Shown here: one piece after another, positions 1 to 8,717 of the stretch | Layout: each line of letters starts with the position of its first letter | Position numbering within the stretch: the first letter of the stretch is position 1 | Assembly (NCBI GenBank): GCA_027001995.1 | Contig: JALTLO010000204.1 | Span: 1,698-32,121 of the forward strand | Direction: 5' to 3' | Origin: Planctomycetota bacterium | GTDB lineage: Bacteria; Planctomycetota; GCA-002687715; DRQF01 | DNA: 30,424 bases | Position numbers and translations under genes: made by a program | The notes under the pieces: model-generated | The model's database searches: none | What the model saw: only the letters and a program-made list of their open reading frames with translations | Told to the model about the DNA's origin: nothing

Positions 1-33
1 ACTAGCAAATACTTAAGTGCGAAGACCTGTTGC

Positions 34-1779
34 TTGCATGCTGATAAGATGCCTGCCATGAGTGGTCATGATGACAACGATAGTCTGGGAGAGCTGAAAT
101 CGGCTGGGGCCCCGGGTGTGTGGATCATGTTGTTCTTCGGGGTCTTGGTGCTGGGTTTGTTCTTGCGAGTGCGAGGACTTGGGTTTGGTGAGCCCGATGC
201 CAGTTGCAGGCCCGATGAAGACTTGGTGATCCGGGAAGCCATCTTCATCGTCTCTGGAGATCAAGTGCGCTACCACCGCTATCCCCCTGCCTTGATGTAC
301 GGGCAGGCCGCTTGTTTTCGACTGGGAACCGCCTTGGGTTTCTTACCCAAAGACGCATTCATTGGTTATGCACAAGACCCCCTGCCCTATCACTTGATCG
401 GTCGATGGTTGTCATTGTTTTTTGGGTTCGGGACTTTGGTTGTTGTTGGCATGACGGCCCGCAAATTGAGCGACTGGCGAGGAGCCACTTTGGCGACGTT
501 GGCCTTGGCCTGCTTTCCTCTTCATGTGCTGCACAGCCACTTCGCCACAGTTGATGTGCCAGGAACTTTCTTTGTTGCCCTTTCAATCTACTTCGTAGTC
601 TGTCGCGAGAAGCGAGAAACCAAGTTCTTGATTTTCTCCGGAATCGCAGCAGGTTTGGCTGCGGCGACGAAGTACCCCATGGGTTTTGTTGCCCTTACGC
701 CGCTCTTAGTGGCTCTCAGAGGGCGAAGGCCCGTGAGATTGGCCATTCTTGTATCCTTGGCAACCTTATCTGGTTTGCTCTTGGGTGCCCCTACATGGCT
801 GTTCTCCCCCATGGAAGCCTGGCAAGGTCTGCAAGTGGAGGCAGGTTCACAATCTGGTCGCAGAGCTTTAGTAGGGTTGCGAGAAATCCTCAGCCATCAT
901 TGGCGTTTCTCTCTTATCGGAGGCTTTGGGCTCATCAATACGATCCTTGGTTTCTTGGGCCTCTTTGTGGCAAGAAAGCAAGGCAAAGATGTGGGGCTTG
1001 GTTTTGTTTTCATCTTGCTGATTTTCAACCTTTTCTTGGGGGTACCGTTCGCACGTTACTTTCTGCCCTTGGCACCGGTGCTGAGCTTGGGGCTTGGGTC
1101 TTTGTGGTGCTTTTCTTTTGCCCGCTGGCGTTGGGTTTTCTTGCTGTTACTTCTTGTCGTGCAAGTTCCAAATGCCTTGTTGTCCTACGCCTTAGGGTCG
1201 ACATTGCAAGAAAAGGACACCCGCGGACAACTCTTAGAAGCCTTTGCAAGCGGTTCCTTGCCTCAGGACTTGCCAATCGTCCGCCCCAGTTGGCCATTCG
1301 AAACATTTCCGGCAGCCACCAATGGAAAGCTTCTCTTAGCCCCAACATCGTTAGATCCTTCCCCAGATCGACGGAGCTTCTTACTGCGCAGTTTGGCTTC
1401 CCAAGTGCAGCAAGTACCACCAGCCCTCAAGGTCTTGGAGTTTGGCAAAGAAACAAAAGACTTCATCGACTTGGAGGAACTTCTCAAGCAAGGAGACTTC
1501 CTCTACATCGCCCCAGAAACTCCGGCATTTGCGGATGCTTCTTTGACTTTCACTATTCAAAAAGACGTGGTCACACCGAACCTAAGAGCGGCTGCGGAAG
1601 CTGGGCAGATCACCATGAAGGAGCTTCTCGATTTGAAGCCCTTTGCCCCTGGGGAAGAAGAGTTTCCCCCTTCAAATTTGTATGAAGGATTCGACTATTG
1701 GTTCATACCAATGAATGAACCAGGTCGCATTCAACGACCTGGTCCACGGATTCACGTCTATCGCATTTCGGCGAAGTAG
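34..1779 (+). CDS. Integral-membrane glycosyltransferase, GT-C fold (ArnT/PMT_2-like)
   Basis: First TM helix followed by RPDE acidic loop, YPP motif, 'GRWLSLFFG', 'SHFATVDVP', 'GLAAATKY', 'RYFLPLAP', many hydrophobic segments and a soluble C-terminal domain. True start may be ATG 49 or 58. Confidence 0.85.
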   Translation: MHADKMPAMSGHDDNDSLGELKSAGAPGVWIMLFFGVLVLGLFLRVRGLGFGEPDASCRPDEDLVIREAIFIVSGDQVRYHRYPPALMYGQAACFRLGTALGFLPKDAFIGYAQDPLPYHLIGRWLSLFFGFGTLVVVGMTARKLSDWRGATLATLALACFPLHVLHSHFATVDVPGTFFVALSIYFVVCREKRETKFLIFSGIAAGLAAATKYPMGFVALTPLLVALRGRRPVRLAILVSLATLSGLLLGAPTWLFSPMEAWQGLQVEAGSQSGRRALVGLREILSHHWRFSLIGGFGLINTILGFLGLFVARKQGKDVGLGFVFILLIFNLFLGVPFARYFLPLAPVLSLGLGSLWCFSFARWRWVFLLLLLVVQVPNALLSYALGSTLQEKDTRGQLLEAFASGSLPQDLPIVRPSWPFETFPAATNGKLLLAPTSLDPSPDRRSFLLRSLASQVQQVPPALKVLEFGKETKDFIDLEELLKQGDFLYIAPETPAFADASLTFTIQKDVVTPNLRAAAEAGQITMKELLDLKPFAPGEEEFPPSNLYEGFDYWFIPMNEPGRIQRPGPRIHVYRISAK

Positions 1780-1801
1780 GGGTCTGCTTTCAAAGAGTCG
1801 C

Positions 1802-3817
1802 CTATGACTCAGACCCAGCCATTTCGAATTCAACGATCTTACCGGCGATGGCTGATGCCGCTACACTCAATGGGCTGGCCAAGTACATTTGACCCGGACC
1901 AGACCGACCTGGGAAGTTGCGGTTGATGGCCGAAATGGTGATCTGATCTTTATTGTTGGAAACACCAGGCCCAGCGTTGATGCAAGCACCGCAGGAAGGC
2001 TCAATGATCTCGACGCCCATGTCAACAAAGAGCTTGGCGTAGCCCTGCTCTTCGCAATATTTCTTCACTTCTTGAGAACCATATTGAATGAAGAACTTCA
2101 CATGATCCGCAACCTTGCGACCTTCACTTTGGGCCAATTTCAAGACTTTGGCGTACATATCCATGTCTTCGATCTTGCCCGCAGTGCATGAGCCGCCGTA
2201 GGCAATGTCGATTTTCACGCCTTCGGGCAAGTCTTCGATGTTCATGCCATTTCCTGGATCCCCGGGAAGTGCGACCATGGGTTGAATGGCCGTGGCATCA
2301 ATGGTGATGACTTTCTCGTAGATGGCATCTTCATCAGAGTAGAGGCCTTCCAGCAGAGCATTCGCGGTATCCCGGTCCATGCCCCGAACACGAACCATGT
2401 AGTCGACTGTTTTTTCGTCAGGAGCCACAAGACCACTGAAAGCCCCAACTTCGGCGGCCATGTTTGTCATAGTGGCCCGCTCATCAATGTTGAGGGCTTC
2501 CACAGCTTCACCGCAATACTCTAAGACTTTGCCAATGGCTTCACCGGTTCGGACATACTCTTGGCGCAAGATCTCAAGCATAAAGTCTTTGGCGGTCACC
2601 GATGGCATGGGCTTTCCGGTGATTTCAATTTTGACGGTGCCTGGCACGGTGAGGCGCGCATCTTGGGTAACCCAACTATTAAACACGGCGGTGGTTCCAA
2701 CGCCAAAAGCTAAGCACCCCATAGCACCACTGTGAGGAGTATGGCTGTCAGATCCAATAATGATCATCCCGGGCTCAGCATAGTCTTGGGTCACTTTGCT
2801 GTGGCAAATGGCTTCGCTGCCCAGGGTGTCTCCTTCAATTTCACCGTGAAGGCGAACGCCTTGAGCTTTTGCAAACTTCCTTTGTTTCACTTCAAGCTGC
2901 TTGGCAACTTCTAAGAGTCCCATCTTCTTCCGCTCTTCGGTCATCGCTTGATCCAAGAACGTCAGGTGATCCCGAAAGAAGAAGATACTCTCTGGCTCGA
3001 CGACTTTTTCCTTCTTGCCCACAAGCTGCTCGAAGAAGTCTGCCGCCATGGGAGTGACATATTCATGGCTGAAGCGGATGTCCGTGCGAACGAAACCAGA
3101 ATCTCCTGGTTTGACGTAAGGCACCCCCACCTGGTTCTGAGAAAGATCGGCCACCATGTGACGGCCAATGATCTTCTCAGCCAGTGTCATGGGACGTTGT
3201 TCGGTGGTGAGGGTGGGAACTGAGGCTTTACCCTGCATCCGTGCCACGTTGTAATTGAAGAGGCCGCCAAACTCGACGATTTGGCGGGAGATATCATCAA
3301 GCCCCTTGGTGAAAGACACCAGTTCAATATCTTCTCCAGCACGAATCTTGTCGATAAGAGTAAAGTCCGTGCTCGTGAGGATGCCTAAGTTGTGGCAATT
3401 CTCCCGATAGATACGTTCGATGTTCTCGGCGATGACGATCTCAATGCCCGCCAACATCTCTGCGTAGGGGCTTTGCTCTCGGCTGGAACCCTTGCCACGG
3501 CGTTGGCCTGAGACTGAGACAGAAAAATTGCCATTCTTGACCGAACCACGGGTGATTGGAAACTCACCTTTCGCTTGGAAGCCCAAGTAGGGAAACTCGC
3601 CCAGGGTGTCGTCAAAGTAATAGCAGATATATGCTGGGGTGATCTCGTCTGTGGAGATGTTGCTCCTCAGAGGTAATCCATGGGGCCAAGCAAGGTCTTC
3701 GCCTTCCAGTTGGCTGCGAATCGCGTCGGCATCATCAACCAAAAAGAGAATCCTGTTGGCGATGCGGACTTTTTCGCTGCGCCGTTCAACGGGACGTGAC
3801 AAGAGACTCTTAATCAT
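1802..3817 (-). CDS. Aconitase/3-isopropylmalate dehydratase superfamily protein with N-terminal LeuD-like swivel domain fused to LeuC-like large domain
   Basis: N-terminal NISTDEITP and GKGSSREQ (swivel motifs), then MTLAEKII, DH, GSDSHT, ERATMTNM, GSCTAG, PSCGAC and NRNFPGR. Three Cys ligands for [4Fe-4S] are present. Start moved to ATG 3817 because GAGGAG lies just upstream. Confidence 0.9.
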   Translation of the reverse strand: MIKSLLSRPVERRSEKVRIANRILFLVDDADAIRSQLEGEDLAWPHGLPLRSNISTDEITPAYICYYFDDTLGEFPYLGFQAKGEFPITRGSVKNGNFSVSVSGQRRGKGSSREQSPYAEMLAGIEIVIAENIERIYRENCHNLGILTSTDFTLIDKIRAGEDIELVSFTKGLDDISRQIVEFGGLFNYNVARMQGKASVPTLTTEQRPMTLAEKIIGRHMVADLSQNQVGVPYVKPGDSGFVRTDIRFSHEYVTPMAADFFEQLVGKKEKVVEPESIFFFRDHLTFLDQAMTEERKKMGLLEVAKQLEVKQRKFAKAQGVRLHGEIEGDTLGSEAICHSKVTQDYAEPGMIIIGSDSHTPHSGAMGCLAFGVGTTAVFNSWVTQDARLTVPGTVKIEITGKPMPSVTAKDFMLEILRQEYVRTGEAIGKVLEYCGEAVEALNIDERATMTNMAAEVGAFSGLVAPDEKTVDYMVRVRGMDRDTANALLEGLYSDEDAIYEKVITIDATAIQPMVALPGDPGNGMNIEDLPEGVKIDIAYGGSCTAGKIEDMDMYAKVLKLAQSEGRKVADHVKFFIQYGSQEVKKYCEEQGYAKLFVDMGVEIIEPSCGACINAGPGVSNNKDQITISAINRNFPGRSGPGQMYLASPLSVAASAIAGKIVEFEMAGSES

Positions 3818-4063
3818 GCTAACTCCTCGCTTCATGAAAAACGTCGGCACCCAATGAGCGGGGCCGACAGCAAGGAATAGCAAGAAGAGCCCCCGGGAAC
3901 AAGCTCAAAGGAGGGCAGTTGGCCACGCATGCAGCATGCTAAACCACTTCGTACTAAGGACTTAAGTTGATTTCCCTGAGAGAATCAAGCTCACAGTTCA
4001 AAGAGCACTACGATTGGCCGCCCAATTCTCTTATGTTCTGGCAGAAACGGAGATTAGACCAAA

Positions 4064-4588
4064 ATGAACGATGCGGATGCCCCCATTGATGAGACCCCTG
4101 AGGATGACCTTCCTTACATTCACGTCGACATTCGATTGACACGGAGGATAGGCATCCTCCCCCCCATGGCCATGGCTCTTTGGCAGGGTATGAAAGCCGT
4201 CTTCTTAATTGCTTCTCTGCTTGGCATGTTTGTTCTCGTCATCAAGCCAGAAATTCAGGTCTCCGACAGTTTGCGCTACATCATGGTTCTTATGGTGGTT
4301 TGGCAGGTTTGGGACCAACTCATTGCACGCAGGCGGTACGGCACTTCTCACATCTTGGTGACCACCAAAGGCGTTTGTTTGACCGATGAAAATATCTATG
4401 TGCGTTGGGAAGAAATCGAGAGCTGGAAAAACGACGGCAACTTGCTCCGCATGAAACCCAAACCCGGTTTCGGACCAAAAGGATTTATGGCTCCGTCAGA
4501 ATGTGACATCCCATTGACAGAACGCAATCGCGCATTTCTTTTGGAGAAATTTCGCGAAAAAGTGCCACGGTGGAAACCAGAATCATGA
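4064..4588 (+). CDS. Hypothetical membrane protein (2 TM helices plus small beta-rich C-terminal domain, YcxB/bPH-like)
   Basis: GGAG upstream of ATG; two hydrophobic helices; 'VTTKGV...VRWEEIESW' pattern. Its stop codon abuts the stop of the convergent kinase. Confidence 0.7.
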   Translation: MNDADAPIDETPEDDLPYIHVDIRLTRRIGILPPMAMALWQGMKAVFLIASLLGMFVLVIKPEIQVSDSLRYIMVLMVVWQVWDQLIARRRYGTSHILVTTKGVCLTDENIYVRWEEIESWKNDGNLLRMKPKPGFGPKGFMAPSECDIPLTERNRAFLLEKFREKVPRWKPES

Positions 4589-5518
4589 TCAAGAATCTGG
4601 GGTGAAGATGCCCTTGAGGAAACCCACAACCCCTTTGCGCTCAGCCTCGCTGACAGGTTCCCGCAGGGCATCCCTTACGGTCTTGATCCGATCAATCACC
4701 TCTTCGCAATTGGCGATTCTTTGTCTTGGTTTCTTGTGGATCATGCGGGCAATCAGACGTGCCACAGGGGCTTCCACTTCGCTGTTGATTCTGGTGGGGT
4801 TGACTGGATTCACCTTGATGGTATTCGCCAAGACTTCCGTAGCCCGGCGTCCCTTAAAAGGCGTCTCGGCAGTAACAAGTTCGTAGAGAATCACCCCCAA
4901 GGAAAAGATGTCGGCTCGACCATCAATCTCTTCTCCACGGATTTGCTCAGGAGCGCTGTAAGCGGGGGTACCCAAGTAGGCTCCCCGCACGGTCAAAGCC
5001 ACAGAGGCATTCAGGTCTTTGGCAATCCCGAAATCAAGCACTTTGACCATCTCACCGTCGTGAGTGAGCATGATATTTTCTGGCTTCAGGTCCCGGTGAA
5101 TCACGCCACTGCCGTGGGCCACAGCCAAGCCCTTCGCCGCGTCTTCCACGATCGAAAGAGCCCGTTCGATATCCATGGCGCCGGTTTTCTTCATCACATG
5201 ATATAGATCGACACCATCAACGAATTCGCTGGCAATATAAAGCATGCCTCGAGCCCGGCCCATGCCGTAGACCCGAACGATATTGGGATGACGCAGCTTG
5301 GCAAAACGAGATCCTTCTCGACGAAAGCGGCTCAATGTTTCAGAATCCGAACCACCATCACTATTCAATACCTTGATGGCAACCGAGCGACCTTTGGCTT
5401 CTTCCGTGGCTTCGAAGACAACACCCATGCCCCCTTCGCCCACCCGCCGCAACACGGTATAGCGTTTGTCCGGACCGATTTTCTCACCGATCAAGTCTTC
5501 CCAGGATTCCAAGGTCAT
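4589..5518 (-). CDS. Soluble Hanks-type serine/threonine protein kinase
   Basis: GEGGMGVV, VAIKVL, HRDLKPEN, DFG, GTPAYSAPEQ, DIFSLG; no TM segment. Start is ATG 5518 or TTG 5530. Confidence 0.93.
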   Translation of the reverse strand: MTLESWEDLIGEKIGPDKRYTVLRRVGEGGMGVVFEATEEAKGRSVAIKVLNSDGGSDSETLSRFRREGSRFAKLRHPNIVRVYGMGRARGMLYIASEFVDGVDLYHVMKKTGAMDIERALSIVEDAAKGLAVAHGSGVIHRDLKPENIMLTHDGEMVKVLDFGIAKDLNASVALTVRGAYLGTPAYSAPEQIRGEEIDGRADIFSLGVILYELVTAETPFKGRRATEVLANTIKVNPVNPTRINSEVEAPVARLIARMIHKKPRQRIANCEEVIDRIKTVRDALREPVSEAERKGVVGFLKGIFTPDS

Positions 5519-5604
5519 GGTCGTTCTCAACTCAAGAAAGTAACATTCAAATCCTAAACGTTTTGCTACCCATTGTCACCCTGCGCCCCGTTGGGTGGAT
5601 ATGC

Positions 5605-5629
5605 AAAAACAGGGGGCCAGAGCCCCCTG
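5605..5629 (-). terminator. Intrinsic terminator (second of two downstream of the ferredoxin)
   Basis: Stem CAGGGGGC(5610-5617)/GCCCCCTG(5622-5629), followed on the minus strand by TTTTT. Confidence 0.7.
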
Positions 5630-5650
5630 CTTTCAATCACATCGTCTGAG

Positions 5651-5681
5651 AAACAATAGAAAAGGGCTCACCAGGAGCCCT
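5651..5681 (-). terminator. Intrinsic terminator directly after the ferredoxin
   Basis: Stem AGGGCTC(5663-5669)/GAGCCCT(5675-5681), followed on the minus strand by TTTCTATTGTTT. Confidence 0.7.
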
Positions 5682-5699
5682 GTTCGAGAGTTTTGGTCG

Positions 5700-5933
5700 T
5701 TATTTGCCGTCGTTGCCGATGGCGTCCACTGGACATTGCTCCATGGCGTCCAAGCAAGCAGCTTCTTCCTCTTCGTTCTCAGGCTGCTTGTAGACGATGT
5801 CATGATCACCATCTTCTGATTCCCTAAAGTTCTCTGGTGCAACATCAACGCAGAGCGAACAGAGGATGCATTCCTTGTCGACGTAGAATGCGCCGGCGAC
5901 ATTGTCTTCCCACTTTTCATCAAGATTTGCCAC
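5700..5933 (-). CDS. Single-cluster [4Fe-4S]/[3Fe-4S] ferredoxin (77 aa)
   Basis: CILCSLC...CPVDAI motif, very acidic; GTG start at 5933 preceded by GGGGAG. Confidence 0.92.
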   Translation of the reverse strand: MANLDEKWEDNVAGAFYVDKECILCSLCVDVAPENFRESEDGDHDIVYKQPENEEEEAACLDAMEQCPVDAIGNDGK

Positions 5934-6002
5934 GGCAAGATCTCCCCAAATCCTCGCTCCTATGAAATGAAACTGGCATGCGAGGAACGCCAATTACTCC
6001 CG

Positions 6003-6032
6003 ATTATAGTCCCCAGGGTGACGAAAAAACAA
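6003..6032 (-). promoter_or_regulatory. Putative sigma70 promoter for the ferredoxin
   Basis: Minus strand TTGTTT-18 nt-TATAAT; perfect -10 at 6008-6003. Confidence 0.5.
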
Positions 6033-6077
6033 GACAGCTCCGACGGTTCCTGCTAATAATCCCCTTTCTCTTGGGAA

Positions 6078-7910
6078 TTACTTGGCTTTTCCGGCTTCGT
6101 CCAAGAGATCGAGGATGTTTCCACTGCCCCAAGGATGAGCTGGCAAAACCGCCGTCGGTGCCTTGGGTAAGGGAAAACGAGCGGTTTGGAGTTTGCCCTG
6201 AGAAGACCTCAAAAGGAGATATGCAGGAGTCTCGTCTCGATCGCTTCCCGTTAGGAAACTCGGAGCGACCATAACCCCTCCTTCATTCTCTATTCGTTCA
6301 CCGGATTGGGGCACGATCAGTCCACCTAAGCCCCCAGCCAATCGGTCAGCCACATCTCTCGCCAAGACTTCGGCACTCAAGTAAATGCAAGACGCAGGAG
6401 TCAAATTCGAGGAAGAATTCCTCAGCCAACTTGCAGCATTCGGTGCCGATGCCAGGAAAAATCGATACCCCAAGGCCTCCAGCACCAAGTTACTTGGCCC
6501 CTTAAACCGGGCGAATTGTTCGGCTCCCTTCTTGGGCCTGGCAGCCAGCAAACGAAATCCCACCCCCGATGTTTGGCAAATCCTCTGGAGTCTTGATGTC
6601 AATTCTCCCAGTTGTCGGCGATCTTGAAAGGGAGCCAAAAACACCACCAACTCGGGCTGGGAGTCTGCCAGGGCTTGACTCAACCCCAACTCGAACAAAG
6701 CGGCGTTTGCGTCCACATAGTTTCGTGGCAACATGGTCACCAAGACACCTTCTTGGGACGCCACGACTTTCCTTCGAAGTAAGGGGATATCTCGCGAGAC
6801 CTGCCCTGACTGGGCTGCCCCAGCATTCAAGTTCAAAAACCAAGGGGAATCGTAGGCTGCATTGGACGGGAGATCGACGACAATCTGGCTGGGAATCTCA
6901 TTGTTCACGTTGAAGTCAAAGCTACCGTCGGCCCGTGTTTCCTGGGCCTGAGTACCAAGCCGCAAACGAATCGCCCCAGCAGCCTTCTCATTGCGGTCAT
7001 ACTGCCGGTTGCCATTGTCGTCGAAGAAGACCCGACCCTTGAGGCGATAGCGTCGAATGGGCTTAGGCCTCACGGGGATATCCCGGGGTTTGGGCTTGGG
7101 CCTCGGTTTGGGTGCAGTCTTGATTTCTGGTTTGGCAATTCTTGGGTGAGACTTCAAATAGGCAATGAGAGTGGCAAAGAACATGCGACACTGTTTCTTC
7201 GCCAGTCCATCTTCTGTATTATCAATTTTGTCCAAAACAAGTTGGAAGAAGAGCAGATGTCCTCGGCCATAATCAGCGGTCAAGGAGTATGATTTCTGAA
7301 ACCGCCGACCGCTGTTCATGGAAACATCTGAGCTGCGCACAAAATTTTTCGACCACTGCTCGAAAGCGTCCATGCCACAGGTCAAACGTTTCGGTCCAAT
7401 CTTCGTTTGTGGCAAACGGTTCCAACCGTTCCTTTTGTCTTTGCCAAAGCCCCGCCACAGAGGTTCCAAGCGATAATTGACGTACCACTCGTCATCTTTG
7501 ATGTCTTTTTTGCCCCGATTCAAGCGAAACCCAGGGGGCAAAAGGCTCAAGCGACCAGCGTCGTCGCTTTTTCGGTATCGGCACATTTGAACCAAAGTGC
7601 CACCCCGGCGAATAAATTGTTCAATACGACCTTTTTCCCGGCGCACGAACTGATCCCATTGAGGATGAAACTCTGAGAAACTGCCAATGATGATGACATC
7701 GTAATTCTCCGGTTTAAAAGTCCTTGGGTCGCCGAGTTGAAAAGGGCGAGAGATGACTTGGGATTGATTCGCAAGTTGAGTCCTCATCCCAGTCGTTTGG
7801 CTCCGCGGATCGCGAAAATCGAACCACCCCACCGCCAAAGGCGCTTGAGATGACGCAACCCCGGTGAGAACGAACGCCAAAAGAAAACATGATATTCTCG
7901 GATGTTTCAT
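6078..7910 (-). CDS. Exported multidomain protein: GATase1-like domain, Pro/Lys linker, SdrD-B/MetallophosN-like domain, degenerate metallophosphoesterase-like domain
   Basis: Signal peptide MKHPRISCFLLAFVLTGVASS; 'YDVIIIGS...FIRRGGTLV'; PKPRPKPKP linker; 'LKGRVFFDDNGNRQYDRNEK...TRADGSFDF'. ATG 7910 chosen because it gives the signal peptide and avoids overlap with the divergent gene. Confidence 0.7.
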   Translation of the reverse strand: MKHPRISCFLLAFVLTGVASSQAPLAVGWFDFRDPRSQTTGMRTQLANQSQVISRPFQLGDPRTFKPENYDVIIIGSFSEFHPQWDQFVRREKGRIEQFIRRGGTLVQMCRYRKSDDAGRLSLLPPGFRLNRGKKDIKDDEWYVNYRLEPLWRGFGKDKRNGWNRLPQTKIGPKRLTCGMDAFEQWSKNFVRSSDVSMNSGRRFQKSYSLTADYGRGHLLFFQLVLDKIDNTEDGLAKKQCRMFFATLIAYLKSHPRIAKPEIKTAPKPRPKPKPRDIPVRPKPIRRYRLKGRVFFDDNGNRQYDRNEKAAGAIRLRLGTQAQETRADGSFDFNVNNEIPSQIVVDLPSNAAYDSPWFLNLNAGAAQSGQVSRDIPLLRRKVVASQEGVLVTMLPRNYVDANAALFELGLSQALADSQPELVVFLAPFQDRRQLGELTSRLQRICQTSGVGFRLLAARPKKGAEQFARFKGPSNLVLEALGYRFFLASAPNAASWLRNSSSNLTPASCIYLSAEVLARDVADRLAGGLGGLIVPQSGERIENEGGVMVAPSFLTGSDRDETPAYLLLRSSQGKLQTARFPLPKAPTAVLPAHPWGSGNILDLLDEAGKAK

Positions 7911-7962
7911 GGGGACATCATACCCTTTGGCATCCCATACTTCTTCCCGGTAGAATGAAATC
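7911..7962. promoter_or_regulatory. Back-to-back promoters, probably leaderless in both directions
   Basis: Minus strand TATGAT (7922-7917) is 6 nt before ATG 7910. Plus strand TAGAAT (7951-7956) is 6 nt before ATG 7963, with TTGGCA at 7927-7932. No SD before either start. Confidence 0.6.
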
Positions 7963-8586
7963 ATGATGAAAGACACCGACAACGACCGTCCTCAGGACGA
8001 TGAAACCGATCCATTTGAGTTCTTCGATGAAGATTTGGATGACCTGGACGAATACCAGTGGCTCCCCCACCTCATCAATCAGAGCGACCTTAAGTTGCCA
8101 AAAGAGCTCCATTCCTGTTTTTCGGAAGCCCCCTTTGAGATTTGTATCGAATGTGGATGCGACATCCTAAATGATGGCACCACTTACGTCGTCCAAAAAG
8201 CCAAGCGAAACGGGGAAACGGTCCTCGAATTGGCTATTTGTATGACCTGTGCCCAAGGGGTGAAGGGCACTATGAGTGAAGAATCTCGGGAAACCATGGA
8301 GCAATTCATGGGAGAAATGGCTGCCAACGCCGAGGATCATGAAGAAGGGACCTGTCTTGCCTGCGGATTCCAAGTGGATCAGAAAGACGGTGAGTATGAG
8401 ATTGCCGGGATGGCTATGGGACCAATCCTCATCACTCCTATTCTGCTTTTCTGCGCCAAATGCCACGAGGAGCTCGATAGCAAGCTGTCAGAGGAGACTC
8501 GCAAGGGTGGCGAAGACTTCATCGAGAAGAATTTCCCTGGGATTCCTGCTGACATAGGATTGCCCATCAGCTTTCTCGGCGGCTGA
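7963..8586 (+). CDS. Acidic hypothetical protein with a duplicated 2xCxxC (putative Zn-binding) module
   Basis: CIEC...CMTC...MSEESRE and CLAC...CAKC...LSEETRK; Asp/Glu-rich N-terminus. Confidence 0.8.
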   Translation: MMKDTDNDRPQDDETDPFEFFDEDLDDLDEYQWLPHLINQSDLKLPKELHSCFSEAPFEICIECGCDILNDGTTYVVQKAKRNGETVLELAICMTCAQGVKGTMSEESRETMEQFMGEMAANAEDHEEGTCLACGFQVDQKDGEYEIAGMAMGPILITPILLFCAKCHEELDSKLSEETRKGGEDFIEKNFPGIPADIGLPISFLGG

Positions 8587-8717
8587 TTCCCTTGCTGTTT
8601 CCATCGATTCTGGGCAAAATCAACCCGTGGATGGTGGGGATGCCCCCCACCGCTCACCAGCTCGTGGATCACCACCAGCATTGAGATGAGCGCGGCGACC
8701 CGCAAGAAAGATACACC

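Noticed and set aside
795..1685. 296-aa alternative-frame ORF inside the GT-C gene
   Set aside because: Same-strand overlap with a well-supported gene; no motifs and no sign of a frameshift.
3927..3939. Palindrome GCATGC-A-GCATGC between divergent genes
   Set aside because: Single short occurrence with no regulator in the window; not distinguishable from chance.
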